This document shows positions 10,007 to 22,638 of a stretch of 64,000 nucleotides of DNA, piece by piece. This DNA is from Desulfatiglandales bacterium (GTDB lineage Bacteria > Desulfobacterota > DSM-4660 > Desulfatiglandales > HGW-15). Below the pieces are notes generated by a model. It was given only the letters and a program-made list of their open reading frames with translations, was not told the origin of the DNA and did no database searches. The position numbers and the translations under genes are program-made. The stretch spans positions 1,728,001-1,792,000 of the forward strand of contig CAXXJJ010000001.1 in the NCBI GenBank assembly GCA_963667015.2, given 5' to 3'. Every line of letters begins with the position of its first letter. Within the stretch, counting starts at the first letter, position 1.

Positions 10007-10021
10007 CCTCAGAGAAATAAT

Positions 10022-10570
10022 ATGGATGAAGAAAACAAGGTTGAATTGAAGTGGTATATAGTTCACACCTATTCAGGATTTGAGAATAAGGTAAAGCTGA
10101 ATCTTGAGGAGAGGGTAAAAACCCTTAAACAGGAAGAATTTTTTGGTCAGGTTCTTGTACCGACAGAACAGGTTGTTGAATTAAAGAAAGGCCAGAAAAA
10201 GACATCTTCCAGGAAGTTTTACCCCGGATATATCATGGTTCAGATGGCCCTGAATAAAGAAACCTGGCATACTGTTCGAAATACTGCTAAAGTAACAGGT
10301 TTTCTAGGTGGAGGCAGCGAGCCTTATCCTGTTCCGGATGAGGAAGCAGAGAGAATCATCCGCCAGATGCAGGAAGGCATAACAAAACCTAAACCCAGAT
10401 ACTCCTTTGAAGAGGGTGATGAAATAAGGGTGGTGGATGGGCCGTTTAGCAATTTTCAGGGAACAGTTGAAGAAGTAAAACCGGATAAAGAGAAACTCAG
10501 GGTATTAATAACAATATTCGGGCGGGCTACTCCGGTTGAATTGGATTTTATACAAGTTAATAAGATATAA
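10022..10570 (+). CDS. nusG: Transcription factor NusG
   Basis: [14 protein letters not shown] ... KOW domain, [10 protein letters not shown]. Confidence 0.98.
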   Translation: MDEENKVELKWYIVHTYSGFENKVKLNLEERVKTLKQEEFFGQVLVPTEQVVELKKGQKKTSSRKFYPGYIMVQMALNKETWHTVRNTAKVTGFLGGGSEPYPVPDEEAERIIRQMQEGITKPKPRYSFEEGDEIRVVDGPFSNFQGTVEEVKPDKEKLRVLITIFGRATPVELDFIQVNKI

Positions 10571-10580
10571 GAGGATTCAA

Positions 10581-11006
10581 ATGGCTAAGAAAATTATAGG
10601 TAGTGTTAAATTGCAGGTAAAAGGAGGACAGGCAAATCCTTCTCCACCGATAGGTCCGGCACTCGGGCAGCATGGTGTAAATATAGCCGAATTCTGCAAG
10701 GCATTTAATGCCAGGACTCAGGACAAAATGGGAACCGTTATTCCCGTTATAATAACCATTTATGCTGACAGAACCTTTTCATTTATCACAAAGACACCAC
10801 CGGCCTCTGTTTTACTAAAACAGGCTGCCAAGATAGCCAAAGGTTCTGGTGAACCCAACAAAGAAAAGGTTGGCGAAGTCAGTAAAAAACAGGTTGAAGA
10901 GATTGCTAAGACAAAATTTGAGGATTTAAACGCATTTAATATGGCAAGTGCGATGAAAATTATTGAAGGTACTGCTAGAAGCATGGGATTAAAAGTAACT
11001 CAATAA
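10581..11006 (+). CDS. rplK: 50S ribosomal protein L11
   Basis: [18 protein letters not shown] at 10581 after GAGG. Confidence 0.98.
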   Translation: MAKKIIGSVKLQVKGGQANPSPPIGPALGQHGVNIAEFCKAFNARTQDKMGTVIPVIITIYADRTFSFITKTPPASVLLKQAAKIAKGSGEPNKEKVGEVSKKQVEEIAKTKFEDLNAFNMASAMKIIEGTARSMGLKVTQ

Positions 11007-11061
11007 TTATATTTGATAATTTATTATCAGTTTAAATTAGTTTAAATTAGAGAGAAATAAA

Positions 11062-11772
11062 ATGCCTAAAAGAGGAAAAAAATATAAATCAGTTGCCGTA
11101 AAAGTGGACAGACTTAATAAATATAACTTTTCTGAAGCCATACAGCTTGCGCTGGATTGCACAGTTGCAAAATTCGATGAAACAGTTGATATTGCTGTAA
11201 AACTGGGAGTCGATCCCAGACATGCCGATCAGATGGTCCGCAGTACAGTTGCGCTTCCCCATGGAGTTGGGAAAACAGTAAGGGTACTTGTTTTTGCAAA
11301 AGGGGAAAAGGAAAAGGAAGCACTTGACGCAGGTGCCGATTTTGCAGGATCTGATGATTTAATTGAAAAGATTCAGGGCGGATGGCTCGAATTTGATAAG
11401 ACGATTGCTACTCCAGACATGATGGGTACAGTAAGTAAACTTGGCCGGGTGCTTGGTCCAAGGGGTATGATGCCCAATGCCAAACTTGGTACGGTTACCT
11501 TTGATGTCGGAAAGGCTGTTGAAGAGATAAAGGCCGGTAAAATAGAGTTCAGGGTTGAAAAGGCCGGTATTGTTCATGCTCCCATGGGCAAAGTCTCTTT
11601 TGGAGTGGAAAAGCTTACAGATAACATAAGCGCTTTTATGGATACTATTATCAGGCTCAAACCCCCAGCTGCTAAAGGCACCTATCTCAAAAGCATTGCC
11701 ATATCAACAACTATGGGTCCGGGAGTTAAAGTAGATCCTCTTTTAACAAAGGAGTTGTTCAGCAGACAATAG
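11062..11772 (+). CDS. rplA: 50S ribosomal protein L1
   Basis: [28 protein letters not shown]. Confidence 0.98.
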   Translation: MPKRGKKYKSVAVKVDRLNKYNFSEAIQLALDCTVAKFDETVDIAVKLGVDPRHADQMVRSTVALPHGVGKTVRVLVFAKGEKEKEALDAGADFAGSDDLIEKIQGGWLEFDKTIATPDMMGTVSKLGRVLGPRGMMPNAKLGTVTFDVGKAVEEIKAGKIEFRVEKAGIVHAPMGKVSFGVEKLTDNISAFMDTIIRLKPPAAKGTYLKSIAISTTMGPGVKVDPLLTKELFSRQ

Positions 11773-12021
11773 CTGTTCGATTAACAGTCAGGTAGAGTTA
11801 ATATGTTCTGTTTCCTCTTTTGAAGGTTTACTGACTTCTGGGTTTAGAGTTTCCAGTGTGTTTGTATATTAGCTGTACTTTCAGATATTGCTGATTGGTA
11901 ATTATTTAAAAAGGGAATAAATATAAAGCAATAATTGAACAAAAAAAATTATCATTTTAAATCCACTCAATGATCGCTGGTAATCATGCCATTTGCGATC
12001 ATGTGTGGTTTAAGTGATTAT

Positions 12022-12160
12022 ATAGTCAAAGACAGTGGGTGCAATGACATTAATAGTGTGTCATATGCTTAAATATTTAGCCTGCCCAGACTATGCTATC
12101 GGCTTCTCTCCTAACAGCATACCCCTGTTTTTGACCCAAATAATGTCAGAACAGGAGGAG
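12022..12160 (+). promoter_or_regulatory. L10 leader (rplJL autoregulatory RNA) with alternative SD-sequestering pairing
   Basis: ATAGTC-AAAGACAGTGGG...CCTGCCCA-GACTAT resembles L10 leader; CCCCTGTTTTTGAC can pair with either 12025-12039 or the SD-containing 12145-12158. Confidence 0.65.
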
Positions 12161-12170
12161 GTGATAATAA

Positions 12171-12704
12171 TTGGATAAAGACACTAAAAAGGCTTTTATC
12201 GATCAGATGAACCAACGGTTGAAAAAGGCTCAGGCGACATATGTAGTTGACTATCAGGGCCTTGACGTAGAATCTATGAACAAGATCAGAAATGAACTCA
12301 GAAAGATCAACGCGGAATTCTATGTTGTAAAAAACAGGCTTTTAAAACTTGCGAGTAAAGATACTGACAGTGAATCAATTGCGGACCAGTTTGTTGGCCC
12401 CTGTGCCCTGGCCGTGACATATGATGATGTGGTTGCTCCGGCAAAGGTTCTTGTTGATCTGGAAAAAGATCTTGCCAAACTTGATATTAAAGTCGGCCAG
12501 ACATCCGGAAAAATAATGGATGTAGATGGCATTAAGAGACTGGCAAAACTTCCCGGAAGAGAGCAGTTGCTTGCTCAGGTGCTTTCTGCTATGCAGGCGG
12601 TCCCGACTTCATTCGTCAGGGTTACAAATGGCGTACTTGGCAACTTCATGAACGTCTTAAAAGCAATCGAGACCGCCAAACAGGAAGGTCAGGCGGCTTC
12701 ATAA
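12171..12704 (+). CDS. rplJ: 50S ribosomal protein L10
   Basis: VVDYQGL, VVKNRL, LAKLPGREQL; TTG start. Confidence 0.97.
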   Translation: MDKDTKKAFIDQMNQRLKKAQATYVVDYQGLDVESMNKIRNELRKINAEFYVVKNRLLKLASKDTDSESIADQFVGPCALAVTYDDVVAPAKVLVDLEKDLAKLDIKVGQTSGKIMDVDGIKRLAKLPGREQLLAQVLSAMQAVPTSFVRVTNGVLGNFMNVLKAIETAKQEGQAAS

Positions 12705-12750
12705 ACTAATTAAAATACAAAAGAAATATATTTAGGAGGACAAATATAAA

Positions 12751-13131
12751 ATGGCCGATATTACAAAAGATGATGTAGTAGAATTCATAGCAAATATGAC
12801 AGTGTTGGAACTTTCAGAATTCGTTAAGGAACTGGAAGAAAAGTTTGGTGTAAGCGCAGCAGCCCCTGTTGCCATGATGGCCGCCGCTCCGGCAGAGCAG
12901 GCAGCAGCAGCAGAAGAACAGACAGAGTTTAATGTTATTCTTACTGCTACCGGTGATCAGAAGATACAGGTTATCAAGGAAGTTCGTGCTATCACAGGTT
13001 TAGGTCTCAAAGAGGCAAAAGCCCTTGTTGACGGCGTACCCGCTGCGGTTAAAGAGGCTATCCCGATGGATGAGGCCAATGGCATTAAAAAACAGCTTGA
13101 AGATGTTGGTGCAAGCGTAGAAATTAAGTAA
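12751..13131 (+). CDS. rplL: 50S ribosomal protein L7/L12
   Basis: [32 protein letters not shown]. Confidence 0.98.
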   Translation: MADITKDDVVEFIANMTVLELSEFVKELEEKFGVSAAAPVAMMAAAPAEQAAAAEEQTEFNVILTATGDQKIQVIKEVRAITGLGLKEAKALVDGVPAAVKEAIPMDEANGIKKQLEDVGASVEIK

Positions 13132-13150
13132 TTATATTATTTAGCTGATC

Positions 13151-13168
13151 TCCTGAGGCAACTCAGGA
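13151..13168 (+). other. GCAA-tetraloop hairpin in rplL-rpoB spacer
   Basis: TCCTGAG-GCAA-CTCAGGA; no U-tract, so more likely a processing/stability element than a terminator. Confidence 0.4.
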
Positions 13169-13255
13169 AAACAAATGACTGGATCTTTATAACAATTTAC
13201 TACTTAGATGTTTATAAAAGAATAATAGTTTTAACAACATAAACAGGGAGATCCC

Positions 13256-16200
13256 ATGAAAGAAATGAATGGTGTGAGGCGTCGCGTAAGAAGGAATTTT
13301 GGTAAAATAGGTAAAACTATTGATATTCCGAATCTTATTGAAGTACAGAAGCACTCATATGAACGTTTCCTGCAAAAGGATATACAGCCCGAGGATCGTG
13401 AAGATACAGGTCTCCAGAGCCCTTTTAAAAGCGTATTCCCAATCCAGGATTTCAGCGGTACATCATCGCTGGAATTTGTAAAATACTCTTTTGAGCCTGC
13501 CAAATATGATGAAACGGAATGTCTAAGCAAGGGAATGACATATGAAGCCCCTTTAAGACTGACTGCCCGTCTGCTGGTTTTTGATACAGATGCTGAGAAC
13601 GGCACAAAGAGCATAAGAGACATCAAGGAACAGGAGATTTATTTCGGAACTATTCCAATGATGACCAGAAGAGGTACTTTTATTATAAACGGTACCGAAA
13701 GGGTTATTGTAAGTCAGCTTCACAGGTCTCCCGGTGTCTTTTTCGATCATGATAAAGGTAAAACCCATAGTAGTGGTAAATTGCTCTATTCAGCCAGAAT
13801 TATACCCCTCAGGGGATCATGGCTAGATTTTGAATTCGATCCAAAAGATTTGCTCCATGTCCGGATAGACAGGCGCAGAAAGTTTCCTGCAACCACATTT
13901 TTAAAGGCTCTTGGATATACAACAAGGGAGTTACTCGCTGAGTTTTATGATACTGAAATGATATATATCAGTGAGGAGGGATGTTTCAGGGACGTTAATT
14001 TTGAAAATCTCTACAGAAAAAGACTTACAAAAGACGTATCTTCTCCAAAGTCAAAGAAACTTATTGCAAAGGCCGGGGATAAGTATACAAAGCGTCTTCA
14101 TAAAATGTTTGAAACAGCCGGGATCGAAAAACTCCCCATAAATATTGAAGATGTTGAAGGGAAAATCCTTATTGATGATCTTATAGATGAAGAAACAGGA
14201 GAGGTGCTGATCTCAAGAAACCAGGCAATAACTGCTGAGAATCTTGAGGTTCTTCTGGAAAAGGGCATTAAACAGGTGGAATGCCTTGTGCTTGATGCAC
14301 CCGGTGTGAGCCCTACAATTCACGACACAATTCTTCTGGATAAGATTGATAATGCCGAAGAAGCAAAACTTGAAATATACAGGAAGATGAGGCCAAGCAG
14401 CCCTCCGACACAGGAAGTTGCCAATAATTTCTTCAACAATCTGTTTTTTAACCTGGCTTCTTTTGATCTCTCTACTGTTGGTCGCCTGAAATTAAACTAC
14501 AGGCTCAATCTTGATGATGTTCCAAATGATCTCAGAACCCTGAGGAAAGAAGACATTATCATTATTGTGAAGGAATTAATCAGACTTAAATATTCGGAAG
14601 CCTCTGTAGATGACATTGATAACCTCGGAAACAGACGTGTCAGGGCCGTTGGTGAGCTTCTGGAAAATCAGTATAGGATCGGTCTTGTCCGGATGGAGAG
14701 GGCAATAAAAGAAAGAATGAGTCTCCAGGAAGTTGAAACACTTATGCCCCACGATCTGATCAACTCCAAGCCTGTATCAGCAGTCGTAAAGGAGTTTTTC
14801 GGAACCAGTCAGCTTTCACAGTTTATGGATCAGACCAATCCTATGTCTGAAGTCACCCATAAAAGAAGGCTCAGTGCTCTGGGGCCCGGAGGTCTTACAC
14901 GTGAGAGAGCGGGCTTTGAGGTACGTGATGTGCATCCCACTCACTATGGTAGAATCTGCCCGATTGAAACACCTGAAGGCCCGAACATCGGTTTGATAGT
15001 CTCTCTCAGTACATTTGCGAGGGTCAATGAATATGGTTTTATCGAAACCCCATACAGACACGTTGAAGGTGGTAAAGTAAGCAAAGAGATTTCCTACCTT
15101 TCAGCTCTGGATGAAAGAGATTATCCCATTGCACAGGCAAATGCTCCTCTTAATAAAAATGGTGAATTTATAAACAAGGAGGCTGCCGTCAGAATTGAAG
15201 GTGAGGCAACGAAGGCCCCTGTTGATGAAATCAGATACATGGACGTCTCTCCTGACCAGCTGGTTAGTGTTTCTGCGAGCCTTATCCCTTTCCTGGAACA
15301 TGATGATGCCAACAGAGCGCTCATGGGATCCAACATGCAGAGGCAGGGTGTCCCATTGTTGAAGGCAAAGGCCCCGCTTGTCGGAACAGGCATTGAATGG
15401 GTTGTAGCAAAAGACTCCGGTGTAACGGTAGTTGCCGAACATGATGGTGTTATTGAAGATGTTGACTCTTCCAGAATTGTTATCAGGTCAACCGGTAACG
15501 ATGAAAAAGAAGAAGAGGTTAAAATTCATAAACTGGTTAAATATCAGAGATCAAACCAGAATACATGTTACAACCAGCGGCCTATAGTAAGAAAAGGCGA
15601 CCTCGTAGCAAAAGACCAGATAATAGCAGATGGTCCTGCCACAGAGATGGGTGAACTCGCACTGGGACAAAATGTAATGGTCGCGTTCATGTCATGGGGT
15701 GGCTATAATTTTGAAGATTCAATAATCGTGAGTGAGCGTGTCGTTAAGGAAGATATATATACATCAATTCATATAGAAGAATTCGAAGTAGTCTCCAGAG
15801 ATACGAAACTCGGCAAAGAAGAAATAACCAAGGATATTCCCAATGTAGGAGAAGAGGCACTCGGTAACCTGGATGAAAGCGGTATTATAAAAATCGGCGC
15901 TGAAGTTGAGGTTGGTGATATCCTTGTGGGTAAGATTACCCCAAAGGGTGAAACCCAGTTATCACCAGAAGAAAAACTGCTCAGGGCAATTTTCGGAGAC
16001 AAGGCCGGAGATGTAAAGGATACCTCCCTGAGAGTTCCACCCGGTGTTGAAGGTACTGTAATTGATGCAAAGGTATTTTCAAGAAGAGGCGTGGAGAAAG
16101 ATAAGCGCAGCCAGACTATTGAAAAGAAAGAAATCGAAAGGCTTGAAAAAGACAGGGCAGATGAAATCGAAATAGTCGAAAAAAGCGTGAAAAGAAGATT

Positions 16201-17368
16201 AAAAGAGTTAATTTCAGGTTCTTCTTTAAAGGCAAACCTTAAGGATGCAAACACCGGAAAGACTCTTTTAAGTAATAAAAAAGACATTACAGATGAAATA
16301 ATTGACGAACTTCCCGTAACTGCCTGGTCAGGAGCTGATATCAAGGCTTCAATGGACCTGATTGATAAAATGGAGGCAGTAATCGATAAATTCAAAGAGC
16401 GGGTTGATCATGTAAACAGCGTTTTTGAGGATAAGATGGAGAAGCTCAGCATGGGTGATGAGCTTGCTCCCGGTGTTATCAAAATGGTCAAGGTCTACAT
16501 AGCAGTGAAGAGAAAATTATCGGTCGGGGATAAAATGGCAGGCCGTCATGGAAACAAAGGTGTTCTGTCACGCGTACTCCCGGTTGAAGATATGCCCTAT
16601 TTTGCTGACGGTACACCGGTAGATATTATTCTTAATCCCCTTGGAGTACCATCTCGAATGAATGTCGGTCAGGTTCTTGAAGCACATCTTGGCTGGGCAT
16701 CCAGGGCGCTTGGCAGGCAGATAGCTGAAGTTCTCGATAATTCAGAGGGTATTGAGACCCTGAAGAAAACTCTCAAAAATGCCTATTCCTCAAAAGAATA
16801 TAACCAGTTTTTTAAGGATTTGAATGATGAAGATCTAGTATCTACAGCCAGCCTGTTGAAGGATGGTGTTCATATGGCTTCTCCTGTTTTTGATGGTGTA
16901 GAGGAAGAAGAAATACAAAAATCACTTGAAAGGGCAGGACTTCCCGTAACCGGGCAATCCATACTTTATGATGGACGGACAGGTGAGGCCTTTGAACAGC
17001 CGGTAACTGTCGGTATTATGTATATTCTTAAATTGCATCATCTAGTTGATGATAAAATACATGCCAGGTCTATCGGCCCGTATTCACTTGTTACACAGCA
17101 GCCTCTTGGAGGAAAAGCGCAGTTTGGCGGACAGAGGCTGGGGGAAATGGAAGTATGGGCTATGGAAGCATACGGAGCGGCTTATTCATTACAGGAATTT
17201 CTTACTGTTAAGTCAGACGATGTTGCCGGCCGTACACGTATGTATGAGCGGATTGTAAAAGGTAATAATATACTTGAAGCAGGACTTCCCGAATCATTTA
17301 AAGTCATGATGAAGGAATTATTAAGCCTTGGGCTTGAGTTCCAGCTTCTTGAAGATATCAACAGCTGA
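13256..17368 (+). CDS. rpoB: RNA polymerase beta subunit
   Basis: [33 protein letters not shown]. Confidence 0.99.
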   Translation: MKEMNGVRRRVRRNFGKIGKTIDIPNLIEVQKHSYERFLQKDIQPEDREDTGLQSPFKSVFPIQDFSGTSSLEFVKYSFEPAKYDETECLSKGMTYEAPLRLTARLLVFDTDAENGTKSIRDIKEQEIYFGTIPMMTRRGTFIINGTERVIVSQLHRSPGVFFDHDKGKTHSSGKLLYSARIIPLRGSWLDFEFDPKDLLHVRIDRRRKFPATTFLKALGYTTRELLAEFYDTEMIYISEEGCFRDVNFENLYRKRLTKDVSSPKSKKLIAKAGDKYTKRLHKMFETAGIEKLPINIEDVEGKILIDDLIDEETGEVLISRNQAITAENLEVLLEKGIKQVECLVLDAPGVSPTIHDTILLDKIDNAEEAKLEIYRKMRPSSPPTQEVANNFFNNLFFNLASFDLSTVGRLKLNYRLNLDDVPNDLRTLRKEDIIIIVKELIRLKYSEASVDDIDNLGNRRVRAVGELLENQYRIGLVRMERAIKERMSLQEVETLMPHDLINSKPVSAVVKEFFGTSQLSQFMDQTNPMSEVTHKRRLSALGPGGLTRERAGFEVRDVHPTHYGRICPIETPEGPNIGLIVSLSTFARVNEYGFIETPYRHVEGGKVSKEISYLSALDERDYPIAQANAPLNKNGEFINKEAAVRIEGEATKAPVDEIRYMDVSPDQLVSVSASLIPFLEHDDANRALMGSNMQRQGVPLLKAKAPLVGTGIEWVVAKDSGVTVVAEHDGVIEDVDSSRIVIRSTGNDEKEEEVKIHKLVKYQRSNQNTCYNQRPIVRKGDLVAKDQIIADGPATEMGELALGQNVMVAFMSWGGYNFEDSIIVSERVVKEDIYTSIHIEEFEVVSRDTKLGKEEITKDIPNVGEEALGNLDESGIIKIGAEVEVGDILVGKITPKGETQLSPEEKLLRAIFGDKAGDVKDTSLRVPPGVEGTVIDAKVFSRRGVEKDKRSQTIEKKEIERLEKDRADEIEIVEKSVKRRLKELISGSSLKANLKDANTGKTLLSNKKDITDEIIDELPVTAWSGADIKASMDLIDKMEAVIDKFKERVDHVNSVFEDKMEKLSMGDELAPGVIKMVKVYIAVKRKLSVGDKMAGRHGNKGVLSRVLPVEDMPYFADGTPVDIILNPLGVPSRMNVGQVLEAHLGWASRALGRQIAEVLDNSEGIETLKKTLKNAYSSKEYNQFFKDLNDEDLVSTASLLKDGVHMASPVFDGVEEEEIQKSLERAGLPVTGQSILYDGRTGEAFEQPVTVGIMYILKLHHLVDDKIHARSIGPYSLVTQQPLGGKAQFGGQRLGEMEVWAMEAYGAAYSLQEFLTVKSDDVAGRTRMYERIVKGNNILEAGLPESFKVMMKELLSLGLEFQLLEDINS

Positions 17369-17433
17369 TCAGATATATTGGGTTAGAATGAAAAAAATAA
17401 TCGATAATACTTTTTCAAAAGAAGGAGGAGACA

Positions 17434-20400
17434 TTGGAAGAACTATATAACTTCTTTACGAAGCCAAAGGATCCATCAAGTTATAACGCGGTAAGGATCT
17501 CATTGTCGTCCCCTGAAATGATTCTTGAACGTTCATATGGTGAGGTTAAAAAACCTGAAACCATAAACTATCGAACATTTAAACCTGAAAGAGACGGGCT
17601 TTTCTGTTCTAAAATATTCGGTCCCATAAAAGATTACGAATGTAACTGCGGTAAGTATAAAAGAATGAAACATCGCGGGATAATCTGTGAAAAGTGCGGT
17701 GTTGAGGTAATACAGTCAAAGGTGCGCAGAGAGCGTATGGGTCACATTAAGCTGGCTTCTCCTGTTGCACATATCTGGTTCCTGAAGTGTCTTCCGTCCA
17801 AGATCGGTAATCTGCTTGACCTTACCCTGAAAGATCTTGAGAGGGTTCTTTACTTTGAGAACTTTATTGTAATCGATCCAAAAGATACTCCTCTTGTCAG
17901 GTCTTCACTCCTGAATGATGAACAGCTGATGAGGGCAAAAGATGACTATGGTGACAGATTTGAATATGGTGTTGGTGCCGAAGCAATTCAGAAGATGCTT
18001 ATGGAGCTGGATCTCGAAAGCCTGTCTGTAGAACTCAGAGAAGAAATGATCACCACCAGGTCTGAAGCAAAGAGGAAAAAACTGACAAAACGCCTTAAGG
18101 TAATAGATGCATTTAAGGAGTCAAAAAACAAGCCGGAATGGACCATCATGGATGTTATCCCTGTCCTGCCTCCTGATCTAAGGCCTCTTGTTCCGCTTGA
18201 TGGCGGAAGGTTTGCTACATCAGATCTTAATGATCTCTATCGAAGGGTAATTAACAGAAATAACAGGCTTAAAAGACTCCTGGAATTGAATGCCCCGGAT
18301 ATAATTGTACGTAATGAAAAGAGGATGCTTCAGGAATCTGTAGATGTGCTTTTTGATAACGGGCGAAGAGGCAAGGTTGTTACAGGTGCCAATAAGAGAC
18401 CTTTCAAATCACTCAGCGATATGCTTAAGGGAAAGCAGGGAAGATTCAGGCAGAATCTTCTTGGAAAGCGTGTCGACTATTCAGGACGTTCGGTTATTAC
18501 TGTTGGCCCGGACTTAAGACTGCATCAGTGCGGATTACCCAAAAAAATGGCCCTGGAGCTCTTTAAACCCTTTATCTATAATAAACTTGATGAAAAGGGA
18601 TTTGCTACAACAATAAAATCAGCCAAAAAGATGGTTGAAAGGGAAACCCCGGAAGTATGGGATGCTCTGGATGATGTGGTAAGAGAATACTGTATTCTCC
18701 TTAACCGTGCTCCAACACTCCATCGTCTGGGTATTCAGGCATTTGAACCAATCCTTGTGGAAGGAAAAGCTATTCAGCTTCATCCTCTGGTTTGTACGGC
18801 ATTTAATGCAGACTTTGACGGTGACCAGATGGCTGTTCATGTACCGCTTTCTATTGAGGCACAGGTCGAAGCCAGGGTCCTTATGATGTCGACAAATAAT
18901 ATCCTGTCACCTGCTGACGGTACTCCAATAATTGTACCAAGCCAGGATATAGTTCTTGGAATCTATTATATGACCAGGGACAGAGTCTTTGCAAAAGGTG
19001 AAGGGATGATTTTTGCCAATACAGACGAAGTGCGTATGGCCTATGATGCTGAAGCCATTTCACTGCATGCAAAAATAAAGGTCAGAATAAATGGCAAGAT
19101 AGAAGAAACCACAACGGGCAGGGTCCTTTTAAGTGAAATATTGCCTGAAGAGCTTCCCTTTACCCTGATCAATCAGGTAATGACGAAAAAGAAACTGGTC
19201 AACCTGATAAATGAATGCTACAGGCGGGCAGGTATCAAGGCTACCGTAATCCTTTCTGACAGACTAAAGGATATGGGGTACAAATACAGCACAATATCTG
19301 GGACATCTATCAGTATTAAAGATGTTACTATTCCATCCAAGAAAATTTCAATAATTGAAGATGCTGAAAAGGAAATCAAAAAAATAGAAGACCAGTATAA
19401 AGGCGGTCTTATCACAAATGGTGAGAAGATAAATAAAGCAGTTGATATCTGGACCCAGGCAAATGACCAGATTACATCTGAAATGATGAAGGAAATGGGT
19501 GTTGAGAACGTTACTGCTCCGGATGGAAAATTACAGCAGACAGAGAGTTTTAATTCCATTTATATGATGTCGGATTCTGGCGCCAGGGGTAGTAAAGATC
19601 AGATGAGACAGCTGGCTGGAATGAGAGGCCTGATGGTTAAGCCTTCCGGTGAAATTATTGAAACCCCCATTACATCTAACTTTAGAGAAGGCCTTACCGT
19701 TCTCCAGTATTTTATCTCTACTCACGGTGCAAGAAAAGGTCTTGCTGATACTGCACTTAAGACTGCCAACTCGGGTTATTTGACAAGAAGGCTTGTTGAT
19801 GTTGCCCAGGATGCAGTTATTATGCAGGATGACTGTGGTACTGTAGACGGTATCTGGGTTACCTCCCTCATGGAAGGAGGAGAGATTATTCAGAGAGTTG
19901 GAGAAAGGGTACTGGGAAGAGTTGTGCTTGAGGATGTTTACGATCCCATTACGAACGAACTTCTTATCCCTGCTAATGAACTGATTGATGAGGCAAAGGT
20001 AAAACTCATTGAAGATGCAGGACTTGAAAAGATCCTTATCCGTTCTGTTCTTACATGTCAGGCAAAAGAGGGTGTATGTAAGAAATGTTACGGACGCGAT
20101 CTTGCTCATGGCCATGAAGTTAATATTGGTGAATCAATAGGTATTATCGCTGCTCAGTCTATCGGTGAACCTGGAACTCAGCTTACGATGAGAACCTTCC
20201 ATATTGGTGGAACTGCAAGCAAGAGAGTTGAACAGACAACTATTCAGGCGAGGAATGAAGGTAAGGTAAGTTTTATTGAACTCAAGACCGTCAAAAATGT
20301 CGAAGGCAGCCATATCGTAATGAACAGAAATGGTGAAATTGCGATTATAAGCGCCGGAGGCAGGGAAATTGAAAGATATCCTGTAACATATGGTGCAATT

Positions 20401-21510
20401 CTCAAGGTTAAGGATGGACAGGCCATCAACCCAGGTCAGGTACTAGCAGAATGGGATCCCTATACTATTCCTATTCTTACTGAAGTGGAAGGAACAGTAA
20501 AATTCGGAGATATTCTTGATGGCGTAACAATGCAGGAAAAGAGGGATAATGTAACGGGTAGAATCAGCCGTTTTATTATTGAATCCAGACAGACTGAGGT
20601 TCGTCCGAGAATATCAATCAAGGATGAAGATAATAAAACAGCAAGTCTTCCCAGTTCAACAAAGGCACACGCAAGATACCATCTTCCAATAGGTGCTATT
20701 ATCATGGTTTCCGAAGGTGACTCTGTAAAGGCTGGTGCAGTTCTTGCCAGAATACCAAGAGAGACGACAAAGACAAAGGATATCACCGGTGGACTCCCGA
20801 GGGTTGCAGAGCTTTTCGAAGTAAGAAAGCCCAAGGAGAACGCTATTCTGAGTGAAATCGATGGTACCGTTTCATTCGGTCAGTACAGCAAAGGTCGAAG
20901 AAGGGTAATTATTACTCCTGAGATTGGAGAGCCGGTTGATTATTTTATTACAAAAGGAAAACATGTAAGTGTCCTTGAGGGTGACTATGTCAGGGCCGGT
21001 GAACCCCTGATGGATGGTTCTGCAAACCCGCATGATATTCTTAAGATCAGAGGTTTGAAGGAACTTGCAAAATATCTGGTAAATGAAGTACAGGAAGTTT
21101 ACAGGCTTCAGGGTGTTTCTATAAATGATAAACACATCGAAGTAATAGTAAAACAGATGTTGCGCCAGGTTACAGTTAAGGATGTCGGATCTTCAGGATT
21201 TTTACTTGGCGAACAGGTAGAAAAGTGGAAATTTGAAGACGAAAACAGCAGGATAATCGAGCAGGGAGGTACCCCGGCTACCGCAGAGCCTCTTCTCCTT
21301 GGGATAACAAAGGCATCACTCAGTACCGAAAGCTTTATTTCGGCTGCATCTTTTCAGGAAACAACGAAGGTGCTTTCTGACGCAAGTATTGCCGGTAAGA
21401 TAGATAAGTTACGGGGTCTGAAAGAAAATGTAATAATGGGAAGGTTGATTCCTGCCGGAACGGGTGTAAAAGAATATAGAGAACTTGATATAACCGTTTC
21501 TAATAACTAG
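17434..21510 (+). CDS. rpoC: RNA polymerase beta' subunit
   Basis: NADFDGD catalytic motif, N-terminal Zn finger; TTG start after AGGAGG. Confidence 0.99.
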   Translation: MEELYNFFTKPKDPSSYNAVRISLSSPEMILERSYGEVKKPETINYRTFKPERDGLFCSKIFGPIKDYECNCGKYKRMKHRGIICEKCGVEVIQSKVRRERMGHIKLASPVAHIWFLKCLPSKIGNLLDLTLKDLERVLYFENFIVIDPKDTPLVRSSLLNDEQLMRAKDDYGDRFEYGVGAEAIQKMLMELDLESLSVELREEMITTRSEAKRKKLTKRLKVIDAFKESKNKPEWTIMDVIPVLPPDLRPLVPLDGGRFATSDLNDLYRRVINRNNRLKRLLELNAPDIIVRNEKRMLQESVDVLFDNGRRGKVVTGANKRPFKSLSDMLKGKQGRFRQNLLGKRVDYSGRSVITVGPDLRLHQCGLPKKMALELFKPFIYNKLDEKGFATTIKSAKKMVERETPEVWDALDDVVREYCILLNRAPTLHRLGIQAFEPILVEGKAIQLHPLVCTAFNADFDGDQMAVHVPLSIEAQVEARVLMMSTNNILSPADGTPIIVPSQDIVLGIYYMTRDRVFAKGEGMIFANTDEVRMAYDAEAISLHAKIKVRINGKIEETTTGRVLLSEILPEELPFTLINQVMTKKKLVNLINECYRRAGIKATVILSDRLKDMGYKYSTISGTSISIKDVTIPSKKISIIEDAEKEIKKIEDQYKGGLITNGEKINKAVDIWTQANDQITSEMMKEMGVENVTAPDGKLQQTESFNSIYMMSDSGARGSKDQMRQLAGMRGLMVKPSGEIIETPITSNFREGLTVLQYFISTHGARKGLADTALKTANSGYLTRRLVDVAQDAVIMQDDCGTVDGIWVTSLMEGGEIIQRVGERVLGRVVLEDVYDPITNELLIPANELIDEAKVKLIEDAGLEKILIRSVLTCQAKEGVCKKCYGRDLAHGHEVNIGESIGIIAAQSIGEPGTQLTMRTFHIGGTASKRVEQTTIQARNEGKVSFIELKTVKNVEGSHIVMNRNGEIAIISAGGREIERYPVTYGAILKVKDGQAINPGQVLAEWDPYTIPILTEVEGTVKFGDILDGVTMQEKRDNVTGRISRFIIESRQTEVRPRISIKDEDNKTASLPSSTKAHARYHLPIGAIIMVSEGDSVKAGAVLARIPRETTKTKDITGGLPRVAELFEVRKPKENAILSEIDGTVSFGQYSKGRRRVIITPEIGEPVDYFITKGKHVSVLEGDYVRAGEPLMDGSANPHDILKIRGLKELAKYLVNEVQEVYRLQGVSINDKHIEVIVKQMLRQVTVKDVGSSGFLLGEQVEKWKFEDENSRIIEQGGTPATAEPLLLGITKASLSTESFISAASFQETTKVLSDASIAGKIDKLRGLKENVIMGRLIPAGTGVKEYRELDITVSNN

Positions 21511-21586
21511 ATAATTTAAAAATGAAATATTTAAATTAAAATGAAGGTTATAATAGATAGAAAAATAAAAAATATTTAAAAATTAC

Positions 21587-21615
21587 TTGACAATTTTCCA
21601 TAATGTCAATAAAAA
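21587..21615 (+). promoter_or_regulatory. Putative sigma-70 promoter of rpsL operon
   Basis: TTGACA-17 nt-TAAAAA with AT-rich upstream element; TTGACA...TGTCAA also forms an inverted repeat. Confidence 0.45.
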
Positions 21616-21700
21616 GAGTGGTTCTTTGATTGCAGTATTTTTTAGCATCAAAAATTCTTGAAATAAGCGAATTAAGCAAAAGGAAGGGCAATAAAACAGA

Positions 21701-22078
21701 ATGCCAACTATAAATCAGTTAATAAGAAAAGGACGGAAGAAATCCAGGAAAAAAGTAAAAACTCCTGCTTTGGAAGCATGTCCTCAGAAACGAGGCGTAT
21801 GCGTAAGGGTTTATACTCAAACTCCGAAGAAGCCTAACTCCGCATTAAGAAAAGTCGCCAGGGTGAGATTAACCAATGGCATTGAAGTGACTTCCTATAT
21901 TCCGGGTGTTGGTCATAATCTTCAGGAGCACTCGGTTGTTTTAATTCGTGGTGGTCGTGTTAAGGACTTACCAGGTGTAAGGTACCACATTTTAAGGGGT
22001 ACAATGGATACGTCTGGAGTGGAAGATAGAAGACAGGCACGTTCAAAATACGGCGCAAAAAAACCCAAAGCGATATAA
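21701..22078 (+). CDS. rpsL: 30S ribosomal protein S12
   Basis: [23 protein letters not shown]. Confidence 0.99.
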   Translation: MPTINQLIRKGRKKSRKKVKTPALEACPQKRGVCVRVYTQTPKKPNSALRKVARVRLTNGIEVTSYIPGVGHNLQEHSVVLIRGGRVKDLPGVRYHILRGTMDTSGVEDRRQARSKYGAKKPKAI

Positions 22079-22093
22079 TTTACAGGAGTAGTT

Positions 22094-22564
22094 ATGCCAA
22101 GAAAAAGGTTGATAATTAAAAGAGAGATAATTCTTGATCCTAAATACAAGAGTCAGCTTCTCGCCAAATTTATTAACTGTATGATGTCAAAGGGAAAAAA
22201 AAGCCTATCACAGGCAATTCTCTATGAGTCATTTGATATAATTAAAGAAAAAACACAGGAAGATCCCTTATCCGTATTTCAGAAGGCAGTGAATAATGCA
22301 AAACCACTTGTAGAGGTTAAATCCAGGAGAGTTGGCGGATCAACCTATCAGGTGCCCACTGAAGTTCGTGCAAACAGGAGTCAGGCATTAGGAATAAGAT
22401 GGCTTATATCATTTGCAAGGTCCAGGGGAGAAAAGAGCATGGCTGCAAAACTTGCAGGCGAACTGATGGATGCAGCGGCTAAAAAAGGTGCAGCGATTAA
22501 AAAGAAGGAAGATACGCATAGAATGGCTGAGGCCAATAAGGCTTTTGCGCATTATCGCTGGTAA
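22094..22564 (+). CDS. rpsG: 30S ribosomal protein S7
   Basis: [24 protein letters not shown]. Confidence 0.99.
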   Translation: MPRKRLIIKREIILDPKYKSQLLAKFINCMMSKGKKSLSQAILYESFDIIKEKTQEDPLSVFQKAVNNAKPLVEVKSRRVGGSTYQVPTEVRANRSQALGIRWLISFARSRGEKSMAAKLAGELMDAAAKKGAAIKKKEDTHRMAEANKAFAHYRW

Positions 22565-22638
22565 CACATTGAAATATGATAATAGAATACTAATATATAA
22601 AAAATATTTTTCATTATTGCTCTTAAAGGGGGATAGCG

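Noticed and set aside
13256..22078. Inteins, introns or resistance substitutions in rpoB, rpoC or rpsL
   Set aside because: Lengths and conserved motifs look normal; none seen
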